A DNA stretch of 64,000 bases from Mobula hypostoma (lineage: Eukaryota), in contig NC_086097.1 in NCBI RefSeq assembly GCF_963921235.1, forward strand, positions 200,448,001 through 200,512,000, given 5' to 3'. This document shows positions 34,716 to 48,100 of the stretch, piece by piece; position 1 is the stretch's first letter; every line of letters starts with the position of its first letter. The notes under the pieces were generated by a model. It was not told the origin of the DNA, made no database searches, and was given only the letters and a program-made list of their open reading frames with translations. Both the position numbers and the translations under genes were made by a program.

Positions 34716-35782
34716 CAATACACACAACACGCTGGAGGAACTCAGCAGGTCGGGCAGCAGCCGTGGAAATGATCAGTCAACATTTTGGGCTGGAACCCTT
34801 TGTCAGGACTGAAGAGGGAGGAAACAAAGGCCCTATAAAGGAGGTGGGGGAGGATGGGAAGGAGAAGGTGAAAAACCAGTAAGGGAAAAGATAAAGGGGT
34901 GGGGGAGGGGAAGCAGGGAGGGGATAGGCAGGAAAGTTGAAGAAGGAATGGGGGAAAGCACAGTGGGTAGTAGAAGGAGTCGGAACCATGAGGGAGGTGA
35001 TAGGCAGCTGGGGGAGGGGGCAGAGTGAAACAGGGATGGGGGAAGGGAGGGGGAGGGAATTACCGGAAGTTGGAGAATTCAGTGTTCATGCCCAGGGGCT
35101 GGAGACTACCCAGACGGTATATGAGGTGTTGCTCCTCCATCCTGAGTTTAACCTCATCCTGGCAGTAGAGGAGGCCATGTATGGACATAGCTGAATGGGA
35201 GTGTGAAGTGGAGTTGAAGTGGGTGGCAACCGGGAGATCCTGTCTGTTGTGGCGAACGGAGAGGAGGTGCTTGACGAAGCGGTCCCCAATCTGCGGCGGG
35301 TTTCACCGATGTAGAGGATGCTGCACCGGGAGCACCGGATGCAATAGATGACCTCAACAGAATCACAAGTGAAGTGTTGCCTCACCTGGAAGGACTGTTT
35401 GGGGTCCTAAATGGTGGCAAGAGAGGAGGTGCAGGGACAGGTGTAGCACTTACACTTACAGGGATAAGTGCTGGGTGGGAGATCCGTGGAGAGGGAGGTG
35501 TGGACCAGGGAGTCACGGACGGAACGATCCCTGCGGAAAGCGTAGACGGGTGGGGTCCTGTTGAAGGTGGAGGAAGTTGCGGAGGATAATGTGCTGGATC
35601 TGGAGGCTGGTTGGGTGGTAGGTGAGGGCAAGGGGAATTCTGTCCCTGTTGTGGTGACAGGAGGATGGGGTGAGGGCCGAAGTGTGGGAAATGGAGGAGA
35701 TGCAGGTGAGGGCATCATTGATGACAACAGAAGGGAAACCATGATCCTTAAAGAAAGAGGACATTTGAGATGTCCTGGATGG
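34714..35782 (-). mobile_element. Penelope-like element 3' fragment (RT thumb/linker, GIY-YIG endonuclease, terminal repeat) inserted in the Helitron
   Basis: ORF 35086..35385 FTCDSVEVIYCIRCSRCSILYIGETRRRLG (GIY-YIG) and ORF 35513..35764 (FFKDHGFPS…IPLALTYHP). The terminal repeat carries a decayed hammerhead at 34774-34811. Confidence 0.92.
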
Positions 35783-36179
35783 CAGATAAGCCAGAAATTA
35801 TGCCATCAAAAGTGTCCTTTGTTAAACGAGGAGGAGCTATATTTGCTTTGCTACATGTCATTCTTCTTTAATAAACTGAGGTTTACTACTTCAGTTTCCA
35901 AAGCAAAGCGATACCAATGGCATTCAGGAAAATTTAATGTTCATTCTGGTCACATTAGACTGCACTACCCTTCTCTCAAAGGGTGCCCCAACGGGTCACC
36001 CCGTTGTCTAGTGTACAATAGCAATCTTGTCCTGGAGTTTATAGGTTCGTTGTTAGACAGATAACCAGGCAACTGAGTGTACTATAGTTCGCTAGAGCAT
36101 ACAGTTTGTGATTCAGGTCAATTTGAACTGGTCCCAGACTCTATCTGATACCAACCCTGTAGTGTCTCCCTTTATCTCT

Positions 36180-37180
36180 CTGTTATAAGATCTCTAATTC
36201 AATGATACAGAGCCATTCCACTATTCCTTTCTGCAACAAATTCAAAAGGTAATCTGACCTTAATCTCACTTCTAATTCTTGCCTATTCCCCATAACACAT
36301 AATTTTCAGAGAGATTAAATATCTTCCTTTCTCAGCATGGAATACATTAAACAATTCTGCGGTAGAGATTTCCAAAGATTCACTACCATTTAGACAAGAA
36401 TTTTTTCGACTGCTCTCTCTTAAAAGGCTGATCCTTTATTCTGACCCAAAGCCCTGGGTCTAGATACTTCTAGGAGGAGAAATTCTCTCAGAGTTTACCA
36501 TAACAGGCTCAGAATCAGAATGAGAATCATGTTTATTATCACTGACATATATCGTGAAATTTGTTGTTTTAAAAACTTCCCAAGTGCAAAATATAAAAAT
36601 TACTATAACTGACAAAGCTAAATAAATAGCACAAAAGGTGAATATGAGGTAATGTTCATGGGTTCAAGGACTGTTCTGATGGTGGACAGGAAGAAGCCAA
36701 GAATCTTAGAATTTGCAGATTTACCTTTCACTTTCTTAAACCAAATCAGCCCAAACTGTCTAACCTCCTCTTGTAAGGTAATACTTTTGTCCTTGGAAAC
36801 AATCAAGTGAACTTTCCCTGAATCATCTCCAAAGCAACAATATCTTTTCTTAGATAAGGACACAGAAATGACATTTTACTCTTGAAAAGGTGTCACCAAT
36901 GCCCTATATAGTTGTAGCAAGATTTTCCTACACTTATATTCCATCACCCGTTGGAATAAGACCTACATTCAATTTACCAACTGAATTATTTGTTGTACCT
37001 GCATATTAACTTAGTGTTTCATGTACAAACATTTGTACAATGATACCCAGATCCCTCTATACTGCAGCATTCTGCAATCTCTCTATTAAACAATATTCTT
37101 TCCACCAAAGAGGATAATATTACCATTCTCCACTTAATCCACCAAGCTCCAGTTTCATCCCACACATCTAACCTGGCTGC
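36180..37180 (-). mobile_element. Old CR1 3' fragment with a Rex-like tail inserted at ~36508-36700
   Basis: AGAGATTTCCAAAGATTCACTACC and CACCAATGCCCTATATAGTTG match younger CR1 tails. (AGAATC)n tail present. Confidence 0.6.
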
Positions 37181-38384
37181 AGTGAAACTCCAATAACCCA
37201 CTATCGAACTGTATGGAAATTCTAGTCGGGGTGCTGATTGCTACATCCATTTTCACATGCCCTTACACTCACTGGGGTCCTAGTTTCAACAGTCCTTTGA
37301 AATTCGTTCATGCTCCAGTTCCTACCTACCCCAGAAACTCACGACACTTTCTTCAAACTTAATTGGGTTTAATGGAAAAGTTATTATTTTCATGCCTATC
37401 ATCTGAAAAAGAAATCTTTACCAGTCCAACACCATTGGCCCAAATATTCCAGATTAACAGTTTTACTCGATAGACCTTAGAATCAGAATCTTCTGTTCAG
37501 AACTTGCTTTCCATCTATCATTGTATTTTTATGAAATACAAAATAAATTTGATTATATTATACTTCACTCCTTCATTGTTTATTAATAAAGAGACCCATG
37601 TATGATCCTGGTACCTCCCATTAGCTATAGCTTCCACGATTAAAATATTCTGACTGTCTTATTTGTAAGATAGTCTATGTTTGAAGTATGAATGCACTGA
37701 AACCACAATCCTAACTAATGGGTCCTCCAGAGACCCTATATGGTGCAGAATGAGATTCAGTAAAGTTTGCCCTTTTTTAAACATCCTTCTCAATCTTCCA
37801 AATCAAGTTGAGTCAAATGTCTAATGCACAAATACAGCTATATATTGGTGCAATGAAAAATTATTTGCAGCAGCATTACAAACACATAGCATCAGAAACT
37901 TAAAGTCCACAAGAAAAAAAACATACATCAACAACATAAATTATACAAGAAAGAACACAATTAGAAGAAGAGAAAAGGGAAGTCAATTGTAGTGCAAAGT
38001 GGTCAGTTTTGTTGTACGGAGGTAGAGTTTCTTCACTGCAATGCTGCATCACCACTCCAACAAGCTATGAGTTAGTGCTAATCCACAAGATGAGCAAGAT
38101 ATTTTTAAATGTTTATAACCTCCATATGGGAGCCAAGATTAACTCAGCTTCAGGCATGAAATTACATCATGTTGATAACAGTTGTATACATGCACTCTCA
38201 AGTCTGTGTTGAACCATATGATTGGCTGATCATTGTAAGGACCACCTTAAGGAAAAAGGTCCTCTATCAATTTACCTAGATAGCAGAGCGCCACCTCCCA
38301 ACAGTTAAGGCCCTGAAAATGTGAATCATTTCCATATCTCAGAAGGCGTATTTCAGTGAGGTCAAAATAGTAATTCAGTGATGG

Positions 38385-40095
38385 CAAAGCAGTACAACCG
38401 TGGCTGACAAGGGAAGTAAAGCTAATGTAAAAGCAAAAGAGAGGACAAACAACAAAGCAAAAATTAGTGGGAAGATTGAGGATTGGGAAGTTTTTTAAAC
38501 CCTGCAGAGAGCAACCAGAAGAATCATCAGGAGGAAGAAAATGAGATATGAAAGCAGACTAGAAAACAACATCAAAGTGTATAGTAAAAGCTTTTTCAAG
38601 TACGTAAGAAATAAAAAAGATGAGAGTGGATATGGGACAGCTAGAAAATGAGGGTGAAGAAATATAACAGGGGCCGAGGAGATGGCAGATGAACTAAGTG
38701 AGTATTTTGCATTTGTCTTCACTGTGGAAGACACGAGCAATGTGCCAGATGTTCAAGGGTGCGAGGGAAGAGAAGTGATAAGGGATTTTACAAGGGATAA
38801 GGTACACCTGGACCACCTGGACTAGATGAACTGCACCCTAGGGTTCTGAAAGTAGTGGTAGAGATCGTGGAGGCATTAATTGGACTCTGGCATGGTGCCA
38901 GAGGACTAGAAAATTGCACTCTTTAAGAAAGAAGGAAGACAATAGAAAGGAAATTATAGACCATTTAGCTTGACCTCAGTGGTTAGGAAGATGTTGGAGT
39001 CAATTGTTAAGGATGAGGTTGTGGAGTACTTGGAGACACAGGACAAGATGGGGCAAAGTCGACACAATTTCGTTAAGAGAATATCTTGCCTGATGAACCC
39101 ATTGGAATTCTTTGAGGATAAAGGGGATGCAGTGGATGTTGCATATTTGGATTTTCAGAAGGCCTTTGACAAGGTGCCACATATGAGGCTGCTTACCAAG
39201 TTAAGGGCCCATTGTATTACAGGAAAGTTACTGGCATGGTTAGAGCATTGGGTGATTGGTAGGAGGCAGTGAATGGGAATAAAAGGAGCTTTGTCTGGTT
39301 GGCTGCCAGTGACTAGTGGTGTTTCAGAGGGGATGGTGTTGGGACCACTTCTTTTCGTGCAGTATATAAATGATTTAGATGATGGAATAGATGCCTTTGT
39401 TGCCAATTTTCAGATGATATGAAGATTGGTGCAGGAGCAGGTAATGTTGAGGAAACAGGTAGGCTTCAGAAGGACTTAGACAGATTAGGAGGATGGGCAA
39501 GAGAGTGAAATACAATGTTAAAAAATGCATGATCATGCACTTTGGTAGTAGAAATAAATGTGCTGACTATTTTCTAAATGGGGAGAAAATCCAAAATTCT
39601 GAGTTGCGAAGGGACTTGGGAGTCCTTGTGTGGAACACCTTAAAGATGAACTTGCAGGTAGAGTCAGTGGTGAGGAAGGCAAATGCAATGTTAGCATTCA
39701 TTTCAAAAGATCTAGAATACAAGAACAGGGATGTGGTGCTGCAGCTTTATAAGGTACCGGTGAGGACTCTCCTTGAGTATTGTGAACAGTTTTGGGCTCC
39801 TCATCTAAGAAAATGTGCTGGTATTGGAAAGAGTTCAGAGGACATTCACAAGGATGATTCAGGGAATGAAAGGGTTATCATATGAGAAACGCTCTGGGTC
39901 TGTACTCACTGGAATTTAGAAGGATGAGAGGGGATCTCATTGAAATTTTTTGAATGTTGAAAGGCCTAGACACAGCATCAAAGGTTACAGGGAAAAATCT
40001 CTGGAGTGGGGGTGAGGAAGGGAAAAAGGATCAGCTATGATTGAATGGCAGAGCAGACTGGGAGGGCCTAATACTGCTTCTACATCTTATGGTCA
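38385..40095 (+). mobile_element. CR1 ORF2 fragment to the 3' end
   Basis: ORFs 38970..39272 and 39493..39885. Ends in TCTTATGGTC. Confidence 0.9.
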
Positions 40096-40451
40096 AACAT
40101 TGTTAATGAAATTCACCACAACATTTTAGTAAATTACAATGGATTTTGACTGAGTTAAAGCATGTTCAAATACCAAAACCTCAAGCTAACATCATGCTTA
40201 TGGGTTAGTGACTCTCCATCCTTTTGAACGCTTTGAAATTATGGACACCCTACAGCAGACACCCTAAATGTACTTGGGAGCTAACATCCAGTACTGTCTC
40301 TATACAAAATCCTCCAAACTGAATGGAAGGATAGGTCAACATTCAATTAACTCCCCAAGGTTAACACTGCGATCAAGAAAATACTGATCATGTTCAACAA
40401 GCCACATATCAAACATCAAATCCCCAAAAGATATCCTCTTCCAAGGAGAGA

Positions 40452-40790
40452 CAAGGAACTGCAGAGGCTGGAATCTGGAACAAAAGACAATCTGCTGGAG
40501 CAACTAAATGGTTTGAGCAGCAACTGACGAGGGAAAGGAATAGGAATATTCAATGTTTCAGGTCAAAACACTGCATTGGAACTAAAGTGGAGAAAAAATA
40601 ACCAAAATAATGAGGTGAGGAGGAAGAATAAGTCAGGGGCCAGGAGGTGATAGGTGGACCAATAACAGATAAAGGGTGATGGGCAGATGGAGCTGGGCTT
40701 GGGGGCAGAGGTATTGACTTGGAAGACAAAGGGAAGAGAGTGGTAGTGGAAGTGGACAAGGAAATCAAGGCAGATGGAGCTGCCGTCATG
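40452..40790 (-). mobile_element. Degenerate Penelope-like terminal-repeat relic
   Basis: GAACTGCAGAGGCTGGAATCTGG…TGCTGGAGCAACT…AATGTTTCAGGTCAAAACACTGCAT followed by a purine-rich tract, as at 34.7-35.1 kb. Confidence 0.55.
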
Positions 40791-40796
40791 TGGGAG

Positions 40797-41785
40797 GAAC
40801 TGAATTGAACTGAATTGACTTTATTACTTACATCCTTCATATACACGAGTAAAAATCTTTATGTTACGTCTCCATCTAAATGTCAATTATAGTAATTTAT
40901 AATAAATATTATGTACAACAGGATAGTCAATATAACATAGAAATACAGTTGTGTCAGCATGAATTAAGCAGTCTGATGGCCTGGTGGAAGAAGCTGTCCT
41001 GGAGCCTATTGTTCCTGGCTTTTATGCAGCTGGAACACTTTGTGGTTGGGGTGACTGGGGTCTGCAATGATCCTTCAGGCCCTTTTTACACACTTGTCTT
41101 TGTAAATGTCCTGAATAGTGGGAAGTTCACATCTACAGATGTACTGGGCTGTCCGCACCACTCCCTGCAGAATCCTGTGATTGAGGGAAGTACAGTTCCC
41201 TTACCAGGCAGTGATGCAGCCAGTCAGGATGCTCTCAATCATGCCCCTATAAAGGGTTCTTAGAATTTGGGGGGGTCATACTAAATTTCTTCAACCGTCT
41301 GAAGTGAAAGAGGTGCTGTTGTGCCTTTTTCGCCACACAGCCGGTACGTACAGACCACGTGAGATCCTTAGTGACGGTTATGCCGAGGAACTTAAAACTG
41401 TTCAACCTCTCAACCCCAGATTTATTGATGTCTAAAGGGGTCAGCCTGTCTCCATTCCTCCTGTAATCCACAACCAGCTCCTTTGTTTCTGCGATGTTGT
41501 TTTCTTGACACCACTATGTCAGCGTGTTGACTTCCTCTGTGTAAGCTGCCTCAATATTATTTGAGATTAGGCCAACCAGTGCAGTGTCATCAGCAAATTT
41601 AATTAGCCGATTGGAGCTGTGGGTGGCGACACAGTCATGGGCATACAGAGAGAAAAGGAGGGGGCTTAGTACACAGACCTGAGGGTCACCTGTGTTGAGA
41701 GTCAGAGGGGAAGAGGTGAGGGAGCCCACTCTTGCCACCTGCTGGCGATCTGACAGGAAGTCCAGCATCCAGCTACACAAAGGAG
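40797..41785 (-). mobile_element. Rex1/Babar-like LINE, same family as 11845-12470
   Basis: ORFs 41514..41780 (GDPQVCVLSP…KFADDT) and 41247..41471. (GAATT/GAACT)n tail. Confidence 0.88.
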
Positions 41786-42109
41786 AGTGAAAGTGGAAAC
41801 ATCTCCTGAACTAGTCCTGTTTGCCTGCATTTGACCCACATCCTTCTGAACTCTAACCATCTGTCTTATAAATGTTGTAATTGTGCCAGGCTTGGATAGA
41901 AATTCTTCTCCTGGCAATTTGTTCCATTTCCCCACCAACCTCTGTGTGGAACAACTTATCTCTCAGTTCCCCTTTAAATCTTCCTCTCCCACCCTAAACC
42001 TATGGCTTCTAGTTTTAAATTTCCTATCCTTGGAACTAGATAGTGGCCAGATGTACTCAAGATTTTATAGATTTCTATAAGATCACTCCTCAGTCCCAGT
42101 TTATTGACA

Positions 42110-45100
42110 GTCTCTTCACAAGCTCATGGGAATCTCTGGTCCCAAACCAAATCCCTGGTTTAATCTACTATGGCAGGGGGATTGGAACCAGAATAGTAGA
42201 GCTGAGGATGAGCCAACAGGCCTACAAGTAGATGATGGATGTAACATGAATGTAAGGAAGGACAAGCCAATGATTGGGTAAAAATACAGAGAGAGCAAAA
42301 GGTTAAATTGTACCACAGAGGCAACATTCAGAAGGGCAAGGAATGCAGGACTGAAGGTGCTGTATTTAAGTATATGCAGCATTTGGAATAAGGCCAAGCC
42401 GAAACTTAAAAAACTCAAGAGGAGGAATTTGTTGAATGCCTACAAGATGGTGTTTTAGACAGCTTGTGCCCGAGCCTACTTGGAGAAAGGTTATCTTAGA
42501 TTGGGCATTGTGTAATACCCAGATCTTATCAGGGAGTTTAACGTAATGGAACCCTTAGGAGGAAGTGGTCATAATATGATTGAATTCATACTGCAGTTTG
42601 AGAGGGAGAAGCACAAGTCACATGTATCAGTATCGCAGTGAAATAAAGGGAATTACAGAGGCATGACAGAGGAGCTTTCCCAGGTGGATTGGAAGTGTAT
42701 ACTGGTGGGGATGACGGCAGAGATGAGATGGCTGAAGTTTCTGGACATAGTTCACAAGACACAGTATAGATATGTCCCACAGAAGTAGTTGTTTTTAAAT
42801 CAGATGTAGGCAACCATGGCTGACAAGGGAAATTATGACTACATAAAAGCCAAGGAAAGGACATATAAGGACATATAAACTAAATATTCCTGGATTTTGT
42901 TGCTTCAGGTGTGATAGAATCAGAGGGACAAGAGGGAGAGGTGTTGCATTGCTTGTCAGAAAAAAATATTACAGCGGTGCTCTGGCAGGATAGATTAGAG
43001 GAGGCTATTTGGGTGGAATTGAGGAATGGGAAAGATTTAGTAACACTTATAGGGGTGTATTATAGACCACCTAATGGGGAACAAGAATTGAAAGAGCAAA
43101 TTTGTAAGGAGATAGCAGATATTTGCAGTAAGCACAAGGTTGTGATTGTGGGAGATTTTAATTTTCCACACATAGACTGGGAAGCCCATACTGTAATAGG
43201 GCTGGATGTTTTGGAGTTCGTAAAATGTGTGCAGGATAGTTTTTTGCAGCAATACATAGAGGTACCAACTAGAGAAGGGGCAGTGTTGGATCTCCTGTTA
43301 GGGAATGAGATAGGTCAAGTGACAGAGGTATGTGTTGGGGAGCACTTCAGGTCCAGTGATCACAATTTCAATATATTTATGGAGAAGGATAGGTCTGGAC
43401 CCAGCGTTGAGACTTTTAATTTGGAGAAAGGCTAACTTTGAGGAGATGCAAAAGGATTTAGAAGGAGTGGATTGAGACAATTTGTTTTATGGGAAGGTTG
43501 TAATAGAGAAATGAAGGTCATTTAAAGGTGAAATTTTTAGGGTACAGAATCTTTATGTTCCTGTGAGGTTGAAAGGAAATGTTAACAGCTTGAGAGAGCC
43601 ATGGTTTTCAAGGGATATCGGAAACTTGGTTCAGAAAAAGAGATATAAATAAATATAGGCAGCATGGAGGAAATGAGGTGCTCGAGGAATATAAAGAATG
43701 TGAAAAGAATCTTAAGAAAGGAATTAGAAAAGCTAAAAGATACGAGGTTGCTTTGGCAAGTAAGGTGAAAATAAATCCCAAGGGTTCCTACAGTTATATT
43801 AATAGCAAAAGGATAGGGAGGGATAAAATTGGTCCCTTAGAGAATCAAAGTGGACAGCTATGTATGGAGCCAAAAGAGATGGTGGAGAGTTTGAACAATT
43901 TCTTTTCTTCAGTATTCACTAAGGAGAAGGATATTGAATTGTGTAATGTAAGGGAAACAAGTAGGGAAGTTATGGAAACTATGATGATTAAAGAAGAGGA
44001 AGTACTGGCGCTTTTAAGGAATATAAAAATGGATAAGTCTCCAGGTCCTGACAAGATATCCCCTTGTTGTTGAGCCTACTAGGGGATCGGCTGTACTGGA
44101 TTGGGTATAGTGTAATGAACCAGATGTGATTAGAGAGATTGAGGTGAAGGAACCCTTAGGAGACAGTGATCATAACATGATTGAGTTCACTATGAAATTT
44201 GGAAAAAGAGAAGCCGAAATCTGATGTGTCGTTAGTTCAGTGGAGTAAAGGAAATTACAGTGGCATGAGAGAGGAACTGGCCAAAGTTAACTGGAAAGGG
44301 AAACTGGCGGGAAAGACGGCAGAGCAGCAATGGCTGGAGTTTATGTGAGAAGTGAGGAAGGTGCAAGACAGGTATATTCCAAAAAAGAAGAAATTTTCAA
44401 ATGGGAAAAGGATGCAACCATGGTTGACAAGAGAAATCAAAGCCAAAGTTAAAGCAAAGGAGAGGGCATACAAGGAAGCAAAAATTAGTGGGAAGACAGA
44501 GGATTGGGAAGTTTTTAAAACCTTACAAAAGGAAACTAAGAAGGTCATTAAGAGGGAAAAGATTAACTATGAAAGGAAACTAGCAAATAATATCAAAGAG
44601 GATACTAAAAGCTTTTTCAAGTGTATAAAGAGTAAAAGACAGGTGAGAGTAGATATAGGACCGATAGAAAATGATGCTGGAGAAAGTGTAATGGGAGATA
44701 AGGAGATGGCTGAGGAACTGAACGAGTATTTTGCATCAGTTTTCACTGAGGAAGACATCAGCAGTATACCGGACACTCAAGGCTGGCAGGGAAGGGAAGT
44801 GTGTGCAGTCAAAATTACAACAGAGAAAGTACTCTGGAAGCTGAGTAGACTAAAGGTAGATAAATCTCCCTGACCAGATGGAATGCACCCTCGTGTTCTG
44901 AAGGAAGTATCTGTGGAGATTGCGGAAGCATTAGCGATGATCTTTCAAAAGTCGATAGATTCTGGCATGGTTCCGGAGGACTGAAAGATTGCAAATGTCA
45001 CTCCGCTATTTAAGAAGGGGGCAAGGAAGCAAAAAGGAAATTATAGACCTGTTAGCTTGACATCGGTGGTTGGGAAGTTGTTGGAGTCGATTGTCAAGGA

Positions 45101-48100
45101 TGAGGTTACAGAGTACCTGGAGGCATATGACAAGATTGGCAGAACTCAGAATGGTTTCCTTAAAGGAAAATCCTGCTTGACAAACCTATTATAATTGTTT
45201 GAGGAAATTACAAGTAGGCTAGACAAGGGAGATGCAGGGGATGTTGTATATTTGGATTTTCAGAAGGCCTTTGACAAGGTGCCACACGTGAGGCTACTTA
45301 ACAAGATAAGAGCCCATGGAATTACAGGAAAGTTACATACGTGGATAGAGCATTGGCTGATTGGCAGGAAACAGAGAGTGGGAATAAAGGGATCCTATTC
45401 TGGTTGGCTGCTAGTGGTGTTCCACAGGGGTCCGTGTTGGGGCAGCTTCTTTTTCCATTGTACATCAATGATTTGGATTATGAAATAGATGGCTTTGTGG
45501 CTAAGTTTGCTGACAATACGAAGATAGGTGGAGGGGCCTGTAGTGCTGAGGAAACAGAAAGTCTGCAGAGAGACTTGGATAGATTGGAAGAATGGGCAGA
45601 GAAGTGGCAAATGAAGTACAATGTTGGAAAGTGTATGGTTATGCACTTTGACAGAAGAAATAAATGGGCAGACTATTATTTAAGTAGGGAAAGAATTCAA
45701 AGTTCTGAGGGGCAACGGGACTTGGGAGTCCTCGTACAGGATACCCTTAAGGTTAACCTCCAGGTTGAGTCCGTGGTGAAGAAGGCGAATGCAATGTTGG
45801 CATTCATTTATAGAGGAATAGAATATAGGAGCAGGGATGTGATGTTGAGGCTCTATAAGGCGCTGATGAGACCTCACTTGGAGTACTGTGGGCAGTTTTG
45901 GTCTCCTTATTTACGAAAGGATGTGCTGACATTGGAGAAGGTACAGAGAAGATTCACTACAATGATTCCAGGAATGAGAGGGTTAACATATGAGGAATGT
46001 TTGTCCGCTCCTGGACTGTATTCCTTGGAGTTTAGAAGAGGGAGGGGAGACCTCATAGAAACATTTAGAATGTTGAAAGGCATGGACAGAGTGGATGTGG
46101 CAAAGTTGTTTCCCATGATGGGGGAGTCAAGTATGAGAGGGTATGACTTAAGGATTGAAGGGTGCCCATTCAGAACAGAAATGCGAAGAAATTTTTTTAG
46201 TCAGAGGGTGGTGAATCTATGGAATTTGTTACCACAGGCAGCAGTGAAGGCCAAGTCATTGGGTGTATTTAGGGCAGAGGTTGATAGGTATCTGAGTAGC
46301 CAGAGCATCAAAGGTTATGGCGAGAAGGCGGGGAGTGGGACTAAATGGGAGAATGTATCAGCTCATGATAAAATGGCGGAACAGACTCGATGCGCCGAAT
46401 GGCCGATTTCTGCTCCTTTGTCTTATGGTCTTAAGTTAATGTAGAAATAGCAAGGGCTCTGACAGAAATATTTCAAATGTCAATAGAAACGGGGATGGCA
46501 CTGGAGGATTGGCATATTGCTCATGTTGTTCCATTGTTTAAAAAGGGTTCTAAGAGTAAACCTAGCAATTATCAGCCTGTAAGTTTGACATCAGTGGTGG
46601 GTAAATTGATGGAAGTATTCTTAGAGATGGTATATATAATTATCTGGATAGAGAGGGTCTGATTAGGAACAGTCAACATGGATTTGTGTGTGGAAGGTCA
46701 TATTTGACAAATCTTATTGAGTTTTTTGAAGAGGTTACTAGGAAAATTGACGAGGGTAAAGCAGCGGATGTTGTCTATGTGGACTTCAGTAAGGCCTTTG
46801 ACAAGGTTCCACACAGAAGGTTAGTTAGGAAGGTTCAATCATTCAGTATTAACATTGAAGTAGTAAAATGTATTCAACAGTGGCTGGATGGGAGATGCCA
46901 GAGAGTAGTGGTGGATAACTGTTTGTCAGGCTGGAGGCCAGTGACTCGTGGTGTGCCTCAGGGATCTGTACTGGGTCCAATGTTGTTTGTCATATACATT
47001 AATGATCTGGATGATGGGGTGGTAAATTGGATTAGTAAGTATGCAAATGATACTAAGATAGGTGGCATTGTGGATAATGAAGCAGGTTTTCAAAGCGTGC
47101 AGAGATTTAGGCCAGTTAGAAGAGGGGGTTGAAAGATGGCAGATGGAGTTTAATGCTGATGAGTGTGGGGTGCTACATTTTGGTAGGACTAATCAAAATA
47201 GGACATACATGGTAAATGGTAGGGCATTGAAGAATGTAGGAGAACAGAGGGATTTAGGAATAATGGTGCATAGTTCCCTAAAGGTGGAATCTCATGTGGA
47301 TAGGGTGGTGAAGAAAGCTTTTGGTATGCTAGCCTTTATAAATCAGAGCATTGAGTATAGGAGTTGGGATGTAATGTTGAAATTCTACAAGTCATTGGTA
47401 AGGCCAAATTTGGAGTATTTTGTATTGTTTTGGTCACCGAATTATAGGAAAGATGTTAACAAAATAGAGAGAGTACAGAGAAGATTTACTAGAATGTTAC
47501 CTGGGTTTCAGCACCTGAGTTACAGAGAAAGGTAAAACAAGTTAGGTCTTTATTCTTTGGAGCGTAGAAGGTTGAGGGGGGACTTGACAGAGGTATTTAA
47601 AATTATGAGGGGGATAGATAGAATTGATGCGGATAGACTTTTTCCATTGACAGTAGGAGACATTCAAACAAAAGGACATGAGTTGAGAGTAGGGGGCTAA
47701 AGTTTGGGGGTAACACGAGGGGGAACTTCTTCACTCAGAGAGTGGTGGCTGTGTGGAACAAGCTTCCAGTAGAAGTGGTAGAGGCAGGATCGATATTGTC
47801 ATTTAAAGAAAAATTGGATAGGTATATGGACAGGAAAGGACTGGAGGGTTATGGGCTGAGTGCAGGTCAGTGGGACTAGGGGAGAGTAAGCGTTCGGCAC
47901 AGACTAGAAGGGCCAAGATGGCCTGTTTCCATGCTGTAATTGTTATATGGTTATAAGGTAGCAAAAGTGGGTGGGAAGATGGATGATTGGGAAGCTTTTA
48001 AAATCCAACGAAAGGCAACTAAAAAAGCTATAAGGGAAAACATGAAATATGAGGGCAAACTAGCCAATAATATAAAACAGGATAGTAAAAGTTTGTTCAA

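Larger units (their letters stand above)
33850..36011 (+). mobile_element. Non-autonomous Helitron (rolling-circle transposon) with both termini
   Basis: 5' end A|TCTATATACTACTAAAA. 3' GC-rich hairpin GGGTG-C-CCC-AAC-GGG-T-CACCC (35981-36001), then CTAG|T at 36008-36012. No TSD. Internal ERAARL repeats. Confidence 0.82.

Noticed and set aside
34436..34882. 148-aa ORF as a host gene
   Set aside because: Chimera of frameshifted Helitron repeats and the antisense PLE terminal repeat.
34840..35060. G-rich tract as an independent G-quadruplex regulatory element
   Set aside because: It is the complement of the pyrimidine-rich PLE 3' region and is explained by the element.
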